A stretch of DNA of 64,000 bases from Dudresnaya verticillata (taxonomy: Eukaryota), in NCBI GenBank assembly GCA_977862235.1, contig OZ374557.1, positions 620,001-684,000 of the forward strand. Direction: 5' to 3'. Of the stretch, positions 48,128-61,693 are shown piece after piece. Positions within the stretch are counted from its first letter, which is position 1; each line of letters opens with the position of its first letter. The notes under the pieces were generated by a model. It worked only from the letters and a program-made list of their open reading frames with translations, was not told the origin of the DNA and ran no database searches. Both the position numbers and the translations under genes were made by a program.

Positions 48128-50239
48128 TTGACAAACGGGGCATGTTGCCCCACTCCCCACGGCAGTGCCGGTTGTTCGCCGGCTAAGCCGAATTCGCCAA
48201 GTCAAAGGGCGCAAGGGACGCCCGACCGGTCAAACCGCGAAAGCCAACCGCCAACGGCGTCACCCTCGGCCGTCTGCGTGAGTAACTTAACGATACCACG
48301 TGAACGGATCCGAGAGGTGTGCGTCTTGGAGGACGATGCGATGCTCGCTAGATTCGCCGGGTTGCTGGATGACAGTGTCGGAGGAATCGCAAGTTGTCTA
48401 CAGACGTTGGAAGAGGATCGGAACGGCGCCCTACATGGGCTTCGATCCGACCTCGACCGTCTATTGACGAACCAAAACGCCCAAGGCGAGGGTACACAAC
48501 CACCACCGGCAGTAACGGTTCATTCGCGTTCTGAGCTTAGCTCACGTGAACGCTTTCAGCGACTTGCGACTCGCTTAGAGCGTCTCGAAACCGCCAAGTG
48601 GCGCAATGGTCCACCTTCGGGTGACGAGAGCTCATGCGAAGATCGTCACAGACGTAAGGATCGGAAAAGACACCGTCGTAAGCTGCGTCAGAGACGGAAG
48701 AAGAACCGTCATCGACGTGGGGACTCATCCTCGTCCTCTTCGGACTCGTCAAGTGACGGAGAGTCTTCGGACTCTTCGTCTGAGGACGACGACTTCCCAA
48801 CTACCGGCAGTGCCGCAAGACCTCGCGGAAAGCGGTTCAAGGGATTGAAGCAGCTACGCCCCTCCAACCCCCTTTTCGATCAGTTATTATCGTACAGGAC
48901 GTACCGTCTCAAAGACGTAGGGCAAAAACGCTCAGGGCGCGATACGGGTACGGTCAAGGACCATATTAAGCGCTTGGAGCTGACCATGAAGGACACCACC
49001 TTCAACAGCAGCGACCCCGTCATGGTCCTCGAGTTCCTGACGCGTTTCGCGGATGAAGCCGATACGCTGGAGATGAGCGAAGCCCAAGCGTTCGTTGCGC
49101 TGCCGTACTTCTTGCGAGGTACGGCAGCCACGCAATTCCGCTCCGTCAAGTCGACGTCTTCTCGCCATCGTGGCGGGTTGTCCTCGTATCCGGAGGCGGT
49201 ACAGTACCTCCTCCGTACGTATGTCACGTCAGCGGCGATCAGGGACGCTGTCCTCGCCCTACGGTCGACGGCCCAGAAGCAAGGTGAGGACGAGACGACC
49301 TATGGGATGCGGCTAGCCGGTGCGTGTATTCGTTGCGGTCACGTATATCCCGACTGGGAAAAGATGACGCTGTACATCGACGGGTTAGGCCCGTCGATCA
49401 GGTCCCTGGTCGCTCGCTTCTGAGAAGAAACGGCAAGGGCGGAGTTGTCATTTGAGCGGCTGGTCCACTTCGCACAGGACGAAGGGGATGCCAACCGCGC
49501 ACAAAACGGCAGGGCCGGTTCCGCGTCAGCACGACGTGACCTACTGACACCGGCTCAAGCCGTACGCACATCGCGATCCGCCATCGGTGATGCCCGAGGG
49601 GTACTGCGTCCACAGACGAGAGGCGCCAAGCCTGGAGCGCGCGCTATGATAGCGGAGTCCTCCGTCGAGTTCCGAGACGTTAGCCGCCCTGTCGACGAGA
49701 TGGAAACACACGCCGAAGGCGATCTGTACTTGGCAGACGAGCAAGCGTCGGTGCCAACCTCGGCTCTACCGACGGACAGCTACGTCGACAACGAAGAAGC
49801 AATGGACATGGACCCCGCTATCGCCTTTGGGCGCTCGGTCGTACCCGCGCCACGCGTCCCCTATTCCGAGTATGCTCCTCACGTTCACCGAGCAAGGCCC
49901 GGATGGCAGGACAGAGGCCCGCCCTGTCAAGACGCGCGTCGGCAGCTGGTATGCCACCAATGCTACGCCCGCGGACACATCGCGCCGGACTGCTTCCTCC
50001 GCATGAGCGACTTTATGAAGGTTATTACCAACTATGAAGGACTAACCGAGGCCGAGAAGGCTGGTGTCCCCGCTGCTGCGTATGTACGTTGCAAGGAACG
50101 CGCGACCCGCGACGCTGCTCGCCGTGCTGCACGAACACAATCGCCACGAGGCGGACCCATGCCGCACGCGGCAGAACGTCATCCGACGATGATCAATCGC
50201 TATGTAGCGCCACAACCACCGCCACAGGCGAAAAACTAA
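48128..50239 (+). pseudogene. gag: Gypsy gag of element A; premature TGA at 49421-49423; start uncertain
   Basis: LSYRTYRL, DPVMVLEFL, MSEAQA, YPEAVQYLLRTY; knuckle CHQCYARGHIAPDC. Confidence 0.88.
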
Positions 50240-50419
50240 CTCGGGCACCAAATCCTGACACTGGGGTGTCGCACCGCGAAGAGAGGCCTAGGCCTCGGGT
50301 GCTGACACGAAGGAGGGCCCGAAGTTAGTTACTGATGACGCCAACGGGCGGATAGAGTCGTCACAGACGTCATTAAAACGCCCATGGCGAAGGTACCAGC
50401 CCCCCAGGCGCGAGGGCAG

Positions 50420-53400
50420 TTGTTCGTAATGTCCAAGAGGAACTATTAGGTGTACGCCGATTTGGGCGCAACCGTTAGTACCTTGACACGTAAACTCACT
50501 GTCCTCGACACGGGGGCTGGTCCGAATTTCATTCGCATTGACGACATTCCGCTGGAAGCGCGATCGCGCATCGTGGCAAAGAGCCTCCCCGTCATAGCCG
50601 ACGCCAATAATAAGGCGATCCAGACAAGAGGCACCATCGACCTGGTCGTTCGTCTAGGACGGAGAGTCGTCAAGTTGGAACTGATCGTTTGCGAACGACT
50701 CGCTGCGCCGGTTATACTCGGCTGCGACTTTTGCGACCGCTTCGTCGAAGCAATATATCCGCGAAGTCGCGAGGTTGAATTGGATGACGGGACTCGTGTC
50801 CCTATAACGCGCCGCCCGCTGCGCCGAACCCCGTCGTATCCTCCGTTACCAACGGAACAGGAATACGGCAAGGCCGAAGGGAGGACATCACCCAAGATCC
50901 GAGTCGCCGAGCGCGTGATCATCCCGCCTAAGGCGCAGCAATGGGTATCGGTGACCACCGAGCGCGCCGGCATCATCACAATTCAACCGTTCGGAACGCT
51001 GTACGACAAACAAGGTCTGGCCGTTACGAACGGGATTGCTCAAGTGGAGCCGCTAAAAGCGTTTCGAATTCTGGTTGCCAACTTCTCTCCCCGCCCGCAG
51101 GCGCTGGCCAAGGGCCAAGTCGTCGCGACGGCGTTACCACATCCGACAGCAGTGTTCCCCATTCACGTAAGTCTAGCTGATGTTTTGGGCCTCACAGAGC
51201 AACAGGCCGAGGAAGAGAAGGCGAACCAAGATTTCCGTTTTCAAACGAATGATAACACTGCGGCACAGCCGGATACTTTCACGAAGTCTATCGAGGCAAC
51301 CACTGCCAAACCTCCGTCAGTAGATGATTTAGACCTGGGACATCTCCCCGCCGAGCATCAAGGCCGGCTTAAGGAGATGTTGCGCAAATATTCGTCTATG
51401 TGGGACGGGTCGTTGGGAGAAATCCCAACCACGGAGCACTACATCGACTTGCTTCCCGGCTCTAGACCGATATCGTCCCCGCCCTACCGAGCGGGGCCGA
51501 AGCAAAGACAACTCGCTCAAGCGGAAGTGGACCGCATGCTGCGTCAAGGGGTTATCGAACCCGCACAATCGCCGTGGGCGTCACCAGTGGTCTTCGCCCC
51601 CAAGAAGGACGGGACCCTCCGCTTTTGCGTAGACTACCGTCGTATAAACGCAGTAACCGTACGGGACACGTACCCGCTGCCGCGTATCGACGAATGCATC
51701 GACAGCCTAGGGGAAGCAAACGTCTTCACCACCCTAGACTGTAACAGTGGGTACTGGCAAGTGCCGATCAATCCGCGAGACCGCGATAAGACTGCGTTCA
51801 CGTGCCAAGCCGGACTGTTCCACTATAAGCGTATGCCATTCGGTCTCACGAACGCACCCGCTACGTTTCAACGAACGTTGGACATACTGCTCGCTGGTTA
51901 CAAGTGGCGTTCGTGCCTCGTCTACCTCGATGACGTGATAATCTTCTCCAGCGACATCGACAGTCACTTCCGTCATGTTGACGAGATCCTTTCGACATTG
52001 CACCGTGCCGGGGTGACTCTGAATTTGACCAAGTGTGACTTCTTCACCCCGACCGTCAACTACTTAGGACAAGTCATACGTCCAGGACGGTTAGAAGTTG
52101 ACCGAACTGTCACTGCCGCGCTACGCGAAGCCAAGCATCCGCGGGATCAGAAGGAGCTACGGAGTTTCCTCGGTCTTTGTAACGTCTACTGACGGTTCGT
52201 CTCGCGATACGCGCATGTCGCTGCCCCCCTCAACAAGTTGTTGAGGAGGGAGCAGGACTTCCTGTTACAACCGTTTGATGAGACACAAGCCAAAGCGTTC
52301 AGTACGCTCGTCAAGGCCGTGACTCATCCGCCTATACTGGCGCTACCACGGCAGGGTCTCCCCTACGCCGTCGATAGTGACGCAAGTGAGTATCAGGTCG
52401 GCTGCGCTCTCTTTCAAACGCAGCCCGACGGGGAAAGTAAGCCGCTCGGCTTCTGGTCCCGCTCGTTCACCGCCCCAGAGTGTAACTACTCGGTATCCCA
52501 AAAAGGAGTGCCTCGCAGTAGTATGGTCCGTCATGACGCTGCGACCGTACCTCCAGATGGAGTCGTTCACAGTCCATACGGACCATTCGTCGCTGAGGTG
52601 GCTGATGGAAATCAGCGATCCCTCTGGACGGTTAATGCGGTGGCGTCTTCGCCTTTCCGAGTTCGACTTTGTCGTGAAGTACAAAAGGGGTACCTGAATA
52701 CTCAGGCAGATGCCCTTTCGCGTCTACAGACGAAGGGAGAAACCGTCGAGCCCATTGACGATGATATACCGTGCTATCACGGAAGCTACGTCGAAGACGG
52801 CCATCAAACGTCACAAGACGATCTGTCAGACGCCGAAGGCGAGGTCGACTTCGCCAAACGAGAGTTCGAGGAGTTCGACCAAGTGACGGTCAACAACACG
52901 CCACCGGCGGACGAGGTACTCCTTCGTCAAGTGACGCATGAGGAGTTGGTACACGCCCAAGGCGATGAAAAATACTGTAGCGATGTCAGGAAACGTCTGG
53001 ATGATGGGATCATCTTACCGTTCGCAACGGATGAACAGGGCCTGTTGGTCCGAACAGTGGAAGTCCGTCCGCAAGTGGTCGTACCCTCCGCGTTACGCGT
53101 TCGCTTACTCCACCCCTGGCACCACGCCAAGTTGGCAGGGCACCTAGGGGGGCGTAAGTTGTATCATACGCTTCGACGCGAATACTATTGGCCATCGATG
53201 CCAGTGGACTGCTATGCGACCGTCCGCAACTGCGTAACCTGCGCTAAGAATCGCGTATTGCTGCGAAACAACACCAAGCAATTGAAGTTGTTTCCGGCAA
53301 CCGAGCCTCTCGAATTCGTATCGATCGACATCCTGGGCGAACTCATACGCACGAAGCGAGGAAACAAGTTCCTACTCGTCATTGTGGACCGCTTCTCGAA

Positions 53401-54955
53401 GCTGGTCCGGACGGTCCCACTGCGTAGTATTACGGCATTGGAAATCGCTAAGGCGTTTGTACGACATTGGGTCTTCGTGTACGGTCCTCCCAAGAAACTG
53501 TTGTCCGACAACGGACCACAGTTTGTGGCTAAGCTGTTTCAGGATATCTGCCGTCTGTTGGGAGTGGAGAACCTCTTCACCACGACGTACCATCCGCAAT
53601 GCAATGGCCAGGTAGAACGATTTAATCGAACTATCCTGGCCTCGCTGCGTCACTACGTTGCGGATCATTCGAAGGACTGGGACCTGCTCACGGATGCCTT
53701 GACGTTCGCATACAACACACAGTTGCATTCGTCTACGCATCTCGCTCCGTTTGAATTGGTGCTGTCTAAGCCACCACGGCCACTGTCGCTCGAAGCGGAA
53801 CCGTCGCTCGAAAGTGTACCCACAGCGGGGCAATACTACACCAAGTGGCGAACCTGGCTGGCCGCACTGATGGGAACCGCTAAAGTGTCGTTAGCGAAAA
53901 CTCAAGCACGTTACAAACGAAACTTCGATACCCGATTAAGGAAATCGAAGGAAGCAATCGCCGTAGGCGACTTCGTATTCGTACGTAAGGAATACTTCGC
54001 CCGAGGCGGGAGCATGGATCGCGCAGAGCGTAAGCATAAGCTGGCACCAGTGGCGGACGGACCATACCGGGTAACCCACGTTGATAACGAGACGGTAACC
54101 GTCGACAAGGGACGTGACGAGCGGGAAAGTTTGTCTCGAGACCGCGTGGTCTAGGCACCGACCCCACCGGGTCAGGTGGCCCCTCCAATCGTCGTACCAC
54201 CAGGCCCGCCTGAGGAGCAGGAAGCAGTCGCCCCCACGTCACAAGACGAAGGGACAACTGCCCCAAGCACGCCACCAGCGGACCCGGAGGGGGGCGAAGA
54301 GACTTCGCATACTGCGGGAGATCCGCAAGAGCGTACGATCACAGCGTCACGCAGTCGTGGGTTGGCAGAGCTTTCGCCCTTCGCCGCCGATCCCGACGAC
54401 CGCGCGTCGCAATCGGTCTCCAACGAAGACAGTACCCCAGGGGTCCGAACCCGTTTGGAACACGTCGCTACGGCACCGCCGAATGAGAACAATGACTCCG
54501 CTGCAAGCGCGTCCGATAACTAAGACGTTAACCGTGCAAGCACGAAGCAAAGCGCTGCAAGCGATGGACCAGTCCCAAGACGCAGCAACCCACTTACCGC
54601 TGATGGAGCGTCCGAGGCCCAAGGCCAACGCCTTCGGCGATCAACTCGTCGAGTACGTTTCGCCGAACCGGAACAGACGCCCATCACGCAACGAGAGGAA
54701 CCGCCCAAGGCGCTGGAAAGGCCCACGTCCAAGCCGAACGCAGTGAGCGGAAAAGAATACGTGATTGAACGCATCGAGTCGCACGCGTACGCGGATGATG
54801 ATGAGATCCTCTACCGCGTCAAGTGGTTTGGATACCCCGCTTCAGCGAACACCTGGGAGCCAGTCTCCAGTTTGCCGCGATTCCACGTCACACGGTACCA
54901 CCGTCGAAAACGTACGCAGCTGCCGCCAAACGTCGACGACGCGCAGCGCGGCTAA
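50420..54955 (+). pseudogene. pol: Gypsy pol of element A: protease, RT, RNase H, integrase, long linker, chromodomain
   Basis: LDTGAG, YLDD, DSDAS, HH..GH..CVTC, DILG, SDNG, VERFN, DGPY, EYVIERIESH...YRVKW...TWEP. Stops at 50447, 52190 and 54152; compensated frameshifts near 52505/52690. Confidence 0.95.
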
Positions 54956-56228
54956 CCCTAATCCGGAAATACCGCTGGAAGCGAATGGACGGACGATCGC
55001 GACCGCGTGCTCGACCTACGATCGCCAATGGCGAGGAAGCTCAACCCACGACCTGTGGACGCGGTCGCCAGAGCGACAGCGCCAAACACGTGTGCACGCC
55101 AGGGACGAACGCGGACGAAATTCGTTGCGTCATAGACAGCCTCGCACACGCCACCTCGCAGCAGCCCCCATACGGAACCTCTGGATGGGTGCGCTGTTGA
55201 CAGTGGATCCAGATCGCAAATCGAGATCCGCCGCTGGCGCCCCTCGGGCAATAGGCAACAACAGTTGGTCAAATTTTAACTTCCAAACACGGCGGCGCGC
55301 ACCACCCCGCCGTCAACGCACGACGAACGCAATCATGCCAAGTGGCTGAGCAGGTGCTACGAGCCCCAACGACGACAGGCGCAAGTGGCAGCGCACAACC
55401 ACCGTCTCCGACGTCGAGACGGGCACTCGCCCCACGGCCAAGTCCCTGGGACCGCCACCCCGCCGGCCACGGTCTCGCGCGCAAGACCCATCGAACGTCT
55501 CCGACGTAACTCGCCAAGAAGGGGCGCACCGACAAACCCACCCCCGAAGGGGGGGAAGGTGGTCGAAGACGCAGTTGCTGCGGGTTCCGTGCACGACGCG
55601 CCAACAAATCGCCAACGACTCCGCCGCTGCCTGCGGCCGCCGCGTCGCATTCGCGCGAGCGCGACCGACAACTCTACCCTACCCCCAAGGAGGAACGTCG
55701 AAGAAGAAAGGGGCGGCAACGCCAAGGCGTCAACACCTACCTCACCGCCTTTGCGACCCTCGTCGAAGACACCGACAAACCACGCCCAAGGCGCAATGCG
55801 ACACATGCATTACAAAAACGCTAAGTAAGCGGAAATACGCCACCGCCGCACGTGAAACACGAAGAGCAACGCTACTACAGCGGACACTACCAGCCAAACA
55901 CAGCCGAAGCGCAACGCACGGCCAAGGCTAAAGGCATCAAACGCCAACGCTACTGTAGCGGGCAACCAAAAACACGACGCAAAGTCGAAAGTGGATCACA
56001 GGTTACACCATAAGGCCAACGCGAAACGCGACACACAAAGACGCTGGCAATGGCCGAAGTTTACTGGGCTAAAAACAAATGGGGACAACCCCTCGCCCTA
56101 GCGATCGACCACTACAGCTACCTTAATCGTCAAAGACGAAGGGGAATACCCCGCGCATCGGTCCTGCAAGGGAGCCGAAGGGCAACACAAGGCGCAACTC
56201 GCGTCCGCTATCCGTTTCTGAAACGACA

Positions 56229-58531
56229 TCAAGACTCCTTCGTCGCAGACGAATTGGCTGGCACGTCCTCAGCGTCTTCGGCGGACTCACGCAACGCCTC
56301 TTCGTAGAGGTCGTCCTCCGTCGTCGACGGTAAACCCAAGGTAGGAGCCGGGGCATACCGCAAAGGCCTCGCCACCGCAACTGCCGGAGTGGCTGCAACA
56401 GGCACCGCAGGCGAAATGGGCGACTTATCAATCGCCTTCGGCGTCGTCACGACAATATCCGCCAAAGGCGACGAATCAATAACACCCGCCACAGGCGCAG
56501 AGCTCAAGTTACCGTTCGCCTTAGGCGCGGGCACAGCCCCATCCGCTTTAAGCGTAGTCAACGACTCGTCGACCGCCTTTGGCGTCAGTTAAGAAACCGC
56601 CTTGATTGGTGTCGCCTCTTCACTCGCCTTCGGCGTTGTTAATCCGACACCCGTCGATGACGCAGGAGCACCTGGCCCCTTTGGAACCGTCAACGATGCT
56701 ATAGCGGCATTCGCTTCGCTCGCCGCAGGCGGTACAGTCATACTCACGTCTTTAGACGGCGGACCATTCGCCTTAGGAGACGAAGGCTTCTCTGACACAC
56801 CGTCCTTAGACGCAGAACCTACGACACTAGTCGACTTCGGCGCAGGCCCACCCTGAGGTGGGACCGCAGCCGACAAAGATTGGCTCATCCACTCAGTGGG
56901 TGAGCCACTCAGACCGCTAGTAGCGACGCCTGCCGCCTGCAATAACGCAAGCACAGTGCGGCGCTGCTCTTCAGTCCAAGCTGGCACCGAAGCTGGACCC
57001 CCTGAACCGTCTACGACGTTTGATACTTCGCCTTGAGGCGTCACGATCGGCGGAGCCGACTCCAATATTGGCGTCGCCATAACAGCATCGCCATCATCGT
57101 CAGCGACGGGAGCCGCAAGGTCAAGAGGCGCAACAGATGCCGGCCAGCTGGCACCCCGCCGCCACCAACAGCACCTCCGGGCAAAGCCGAAGACGCGGGC
57201 GCAGGCTCGGTAGTCGACTCAACCGCCATAGGCGTAGCGATATCCGTCCCAGACGGGTTCTCCGGTCCTCCATCGGCGTTAAACGCATCCTCCTCGGCCA
57301 TTAAGGCACTCAAATGCGGAGGAAAATCACCGACAAAGTCGTAGCTCTTACGCAAACCACGCGGGTGATTACCCGGGGTGAAGCGGTCCGTGTTGCGATG
57401 GCGCTCCGCAACGTTCTTCGTCGTACGACGCTTAGTCCACGGATTATAGTGGATCCAATCGCCACAGGCGGAGTGAGTCCGACTCATCGCGAATCGCGGA
57501 CGGTTCGCCTTACGGCGGTTGTTTGCATACGGCACCATTGCCGGGTCGTTCCAGTCGATCTCATCCGCCACAGCGCGCAGGTTCCAGAACTCCTCGGCGT
57601 TCCGGGACCCGCCAAATATTTCGACCAAGTCGAGGCTGCCAAGCTGAGCCACCACACGCGGGGGTAAGTGGTACATACGGAAGGTGTCATACACCTCCCA
57701 TAACCACGCATACGCCACATTGGCGACCCACTCCGTGTAAAAGACGATCCAGTACCTGGAATATGGGTCGGTCATCAGCTCGGAACCGAGATACGTGACA
57801 CACGGAGGAAGCTCTACGGAGAAACCCTCGCATATCTCAAACTCGCGCCACACCGGCGGTACCTTCACGAAACAAAACGGTAACTTACTACGCTCAATGC
57901 GATCAACCTGCATGTCCTGGTAAGGCACGAATACGCCCTTTCGGCGACGCGTCTCGCACTCCCACCGGATACAACGCTCCCAAAAGAACGTACCCGTACG
58001 ATGCAAGTAACGAAAATCCGCTTTCAAGCGTACGCCTAATAGGTAGGCCTCTCCCAACACACGGGGCTCAATTGATATGCTCACATGTTTGAGCGATAGC
58101 GTCCCGAGACGATCACCATACTCGGCTTCTCCGGCTGTGCGGTATTGTCCCGCATCATAATTGAATAGGGGCGGCGTTAACGTCGACCCCGGATAACGCG
58201 TGAAGCGACGATACACGTCTGAGACGAACTGCGCGTGGACGTCCGCACGCGACTGTCCCGCTCGCACCCATAGCCATTCGGCAGGCACGGCACAGCGCAA
58301 CTTCCATTCCAACGTCCAGACGACGCCGAGGGGCAGACCCCCCGGCAAGAAACCGCTAGTAGCGTAATGGGCGACCAATTCTTCCTCGCGCAAGGCCTCC
58401 TCGTCAAACCAGGGGGCCCGCGCGAAGAAATGCGCGTGATCGCGAGGGTTCTTTCCGACGAAGTCGACCGGCGAAGCGTACACCGGCGCGGTCGAAGGTG
58501 CTGCCACCTGCATGCCATTGAACATCGGCAT
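56229..58531 (-). pseudogene. Antisense accessory ORF of element A, about 770 codons: W/Y/F-rich globular domain plus S/T/P/A-rich tail
   Basis: ORF 57041..58531, frameshift near 57140 into 56589..57080, in-frame TAA at 56589, then 56229..56561. Confidence 0.7.
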
Positions 58532-58600
58532 GACGTCAACGACGAGAATATGTTAACGCCAAAGGCGATGCTTGTACGAACGTCAAAGATGACTCGTGTC

Positions 58601-58862
58601 CTGCGCCACTGGCGAAAGCTTCAAGGAGCGTGCGTCGAAGACGATTACTGTTGTAACGCCCTAGGCGAGGAAACCAAACCCACGTTCAGCTGCTGCGCCA
58701 ATGGCGATGCCAAAGGCAAACGACTTCGAAGACGACTACTGTTGCGACGCCTTAGGCGAGAGACGGAAACCCGCGTCAACGACGTTTGATTGCTGCGCCA
58801 ATGGCGATGCCGAAGGCAAACGACGTCGATGACGATTAAGTTGCAACGCCCCAGGCGAGGGA
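58601..58862. repeat. Three degenerate tandem repeats of about 92-100 bp (CTGCGCCA.TGGCGA...GTTG.AACGCC.TAGGCGAG)
   Basis: Units start near 58601, 58693 and 58793. Confidence 0.7.
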
Positions 58863-59110
58863 TATACAATAGACGTCACCGACGGAGAACGTTATGCGCC
58901 ACGGGCGGTGATGTCGGAGCAGCGCCAACGCAGTCGCGCGAACACAAGAACGCAACAAGAGCGGAGTCTTACGGCACAGCCGAGGTCGCACCGCGCACGC
59001 GGGCGCACCAACACAATACGCGAAGACGCGGGGACTCGCTCGCAAGGCGCGGGAGTGGGCAGGAACGCAGGTTGATGGTCGGGTCGTGTTCGCGTTTTGG
59101 AGGGGGGTCG

Positions 59111-60049
59111 TGTGGTGCAAGGGGAGGCGAGCCCTTTTTCGCTGAAAGCGGGCAGACCAAATACGTCGACCGACGGAGAAACCACCACCGGCGCTCACCA
59201 CCGCCGTTGGCGCGCGAACACGTCATCGACGGCTTACTGGGGCGCGCGCGCGCACTGCGCGCCGCGCACCACGCGGGCACTGTACGGTGATGGGCCGACA
59301 TGGCGCCCCGGGGCACTGTAACACGGATCTGGATGCGATCCGGATCCGGCATCCAGATTGGTTATCTGGATCGCCTAAGCTGTAAGATACGCGCCTGTAA
59401 GGCTGCGGGTGTCCGCATTGCTGGCCCGATCCTGATGGGATCGGGATCGGACAAGTATCGGATTAGATCCAAGGCGCACGCTCTACAGTATGCGCGCGCG
59501 CATGGCTGTAAGGCACACGCGTCCACGTGTGCGTGTAAGCACCCACACAGGGGGTTGTACGGCAATCTGTCAGGCGCGCGGCTGCATGCGATGGGTAATC
59601 TGTCAGACGCACCTCGGGACGACACATGTCCCGAGTTCCCGCGCTACGCACACGCACCGCCGCCGCCGCACCGCCGTACTATACTTAGGTAGGCCGTCCC
59701 AGACGTAACAGTAAACGCCCGGGCAAGCCGGCCTTGGTCCAGACTTCCCCGTTCCGCATGCGCGCATTCTACCGCTGCCTACGGCTCAAGCGTCTACCTC
59801 CCGTGCTTCTACCTCTACAATCGTCCTCGACATGTTCCCTTTCTCTTCCTTTTCCCTTCCTTTCCGCCTCGGGCGTTTACAGTCCGCCCAAGGCGTGCCC
59901 CTTTGCTCTACCAACAAGTCGCCCACAAGTCGTGCCCCTTTGCTCTACCAACCAGTCTCCCACGGCGGGACCACACACCGCCAAGGGCGCAGCTACCCAC
60001 CGAGCCCCGAACTGCTCGGCGGTCCATCGTCACCGACGTTTGCACCACA
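59111..60049 (+). repeat. 3' LTR, family A (939 bp, includes a 37-bp internal duplication)
   Basis: Near-identical to 46701-47600; duplication at 59894-59962. Confidence 0.97.
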
Positions 60050-61674
60050 ATCACGGGTTCGAACCTATCGGCGTCGGGGTCCACCAGCATTGTGCTGTCG
60101 ATAGCAACGTCCCCGCTGGGATAGCTTGGTGGGCCCTCGATGAGCATTGTACGGCCGCTTGCCGAGCTGCCACCTGACCTGCCGCTTCCCGAGGTGTTCG
60201 TAGGCTGCGCTGCCTTTGCCGAACGGGCGCGGTAGGTTTGGCCCTCGCTATGGGCAATCCGACGAACGGTACTAAAATTGGTCTGTTCGACCATAGGCAA
60301 CAGCCTGACCTTCTCCGCCTCTGCGGGTCTTGTCGTGGGCAGCAGGCCCCGAAGGAACTGATGCGTCAAGTTCTCATCGGAGTACGCGCCAGTGCAGGCG
60401 TCCGCATACCCTTCGAGGCGAGTAGCGAACTCAAGCTCGGACTCGGCGTCCCTCTGCTTGGCGGTGGTCAGCCGGTCATGGGCGTCTGCGATGACGTCGT
60501 CCGTGACGAACCTCTCGACAAGGTTATTGACCACCGAGGCCCAGCAGGGTGGGGTGCCGCGCTGCGTTGTGCGCACCCCAGAGAACAGGTGACTAGAGTA
60601 CACCTGCGACGCGGTTCCATCGAGGAACCAGGACACCACACGCGCCGCTGCGCCTTCGGATAGTCCAACGACATTGAATGCTTGGCGTAGCTGTCGAAGC
60701 ACACCAAGCAGGCGAATCGGCTCCTTGCCGTCGAACCGGTCGAGCCGAGGCATCAGGGCCTTCATGTGGCTGACAATCTTCGCAGTGTTGCCACTGCACA
60801 CCTGCTGTTGATTGTCCCACTGATCTACGTCATCGAGACGGTACGAGCGGTAGTCGATGGCCTTAGCGAACTCTGGCACCAACGTGATTAAAGGCTCGAT
60901 GCCTGCCATGAGTGGGCCCCAATCCCAATAGGCAGAGACGGGGCCCTCGTGCTGTCGCGGGGTCGGTCCCCCCTTTTTGTTTTGCCCGTCGAGGGCTTGT
61001 TGGAGCAACCTGGGGTCGACTCCGTAGAATGTATTGGGGTCCCCACTCGGATGGTGCGACCCCGCCGCACTCCTCGGTGGAGATGGCGGTGGTGAAGGAA
61101 AGCGATGCCGAGCTCGTTTCTCGGCAAGTATGGCAGCGGCCAATTCTTGAACTGCACCCGCTGGTGACTGCGGTCGCGGAGGAGAGCGCTGCGCCGACGA
61201 CGGGCCTGTAGCCCGCCGGCGTTGCCGCGTCGGCGCGCGCTCTATCAACTCAACGCGGCGGCGTAGCTCATCGAGGAGCCCCTGTGACCGGGGTATTCCG
61301 TCCTCGATGGACGCCAAAGGACCACGTCGAAGCGTGTCCAGGTCTTGCTGGCCGTCAGCCTTCGCCGCAGCTATCGAAGCTGCAAGGTGGTCGTACAACT
61401 CGGGTAGCGAGTCCATGGTCTCCTCATACAGCAGCTGGAGGTCGGCCACCGAGACCACACTCCCGGCGAGGACCTTTTACAGCGCGGCCCTCCGCTCGAG
61501 CCTCACATCATATAGAGGCGTACCTGCGACGCCGATGGTACTCAGTATTGAGGTGCGACGCGTCGCGTCCTCAACTTTACCGGCAGCGGCCGATGTGGCA
61601 GCGGCCGGGTCAGGAGGACTCGACATCCTTTACTTTGATCGCGTCGATACGAGAAGTACTTGGGTCTCGACGAC

Positions 61675-61692
61675 TTCTAGGTCGGGAGACCA
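61675..61692 (-). promoter_or_regulatory. PBS TGGTCTCCCGACCTAGAA of element D, probably tRNA-Tyr
   Basis: One base from the LTR end; 17 of 18 bases identical to the family A PBS. Confidence 0.75.
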
Positions 61693-61693
61693 G

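Larger units (their letters stand above)
46701..60049 (+). mobile_element. Complete nested Ty3/gypsy chromovirus (family A), 13.3 kb
   Basis: LTRs 46701-47600 and 59111-60049; TSD ATCAC at 46696-46700 and 60050-60054; PBS 47603-47620; PPT GGAGGGGGG near 59099-59107. Confidence 0.97.
45990..61458 (-). pseudogene. gag: Gypsy gag of element D, split by the nested insertion (pieces 60050-61458 and 45990-46700)
   Basis: IDYRSYRL, FDGKEPI..L, SEGAA; zinc knuckle CWFCREVGHIMYSC; reading resumes across TSD ATCAC. Confidence 0.88.

Noticed and set aside
9442..54955. Stop-codon reassignment explaining the in-frame stops
   Set aside because: All three stop types occur, several fit point mutations (CGA>TGA at 49421 and 52190, AAG>TAG at 50447), and they co-occur with frameshifts
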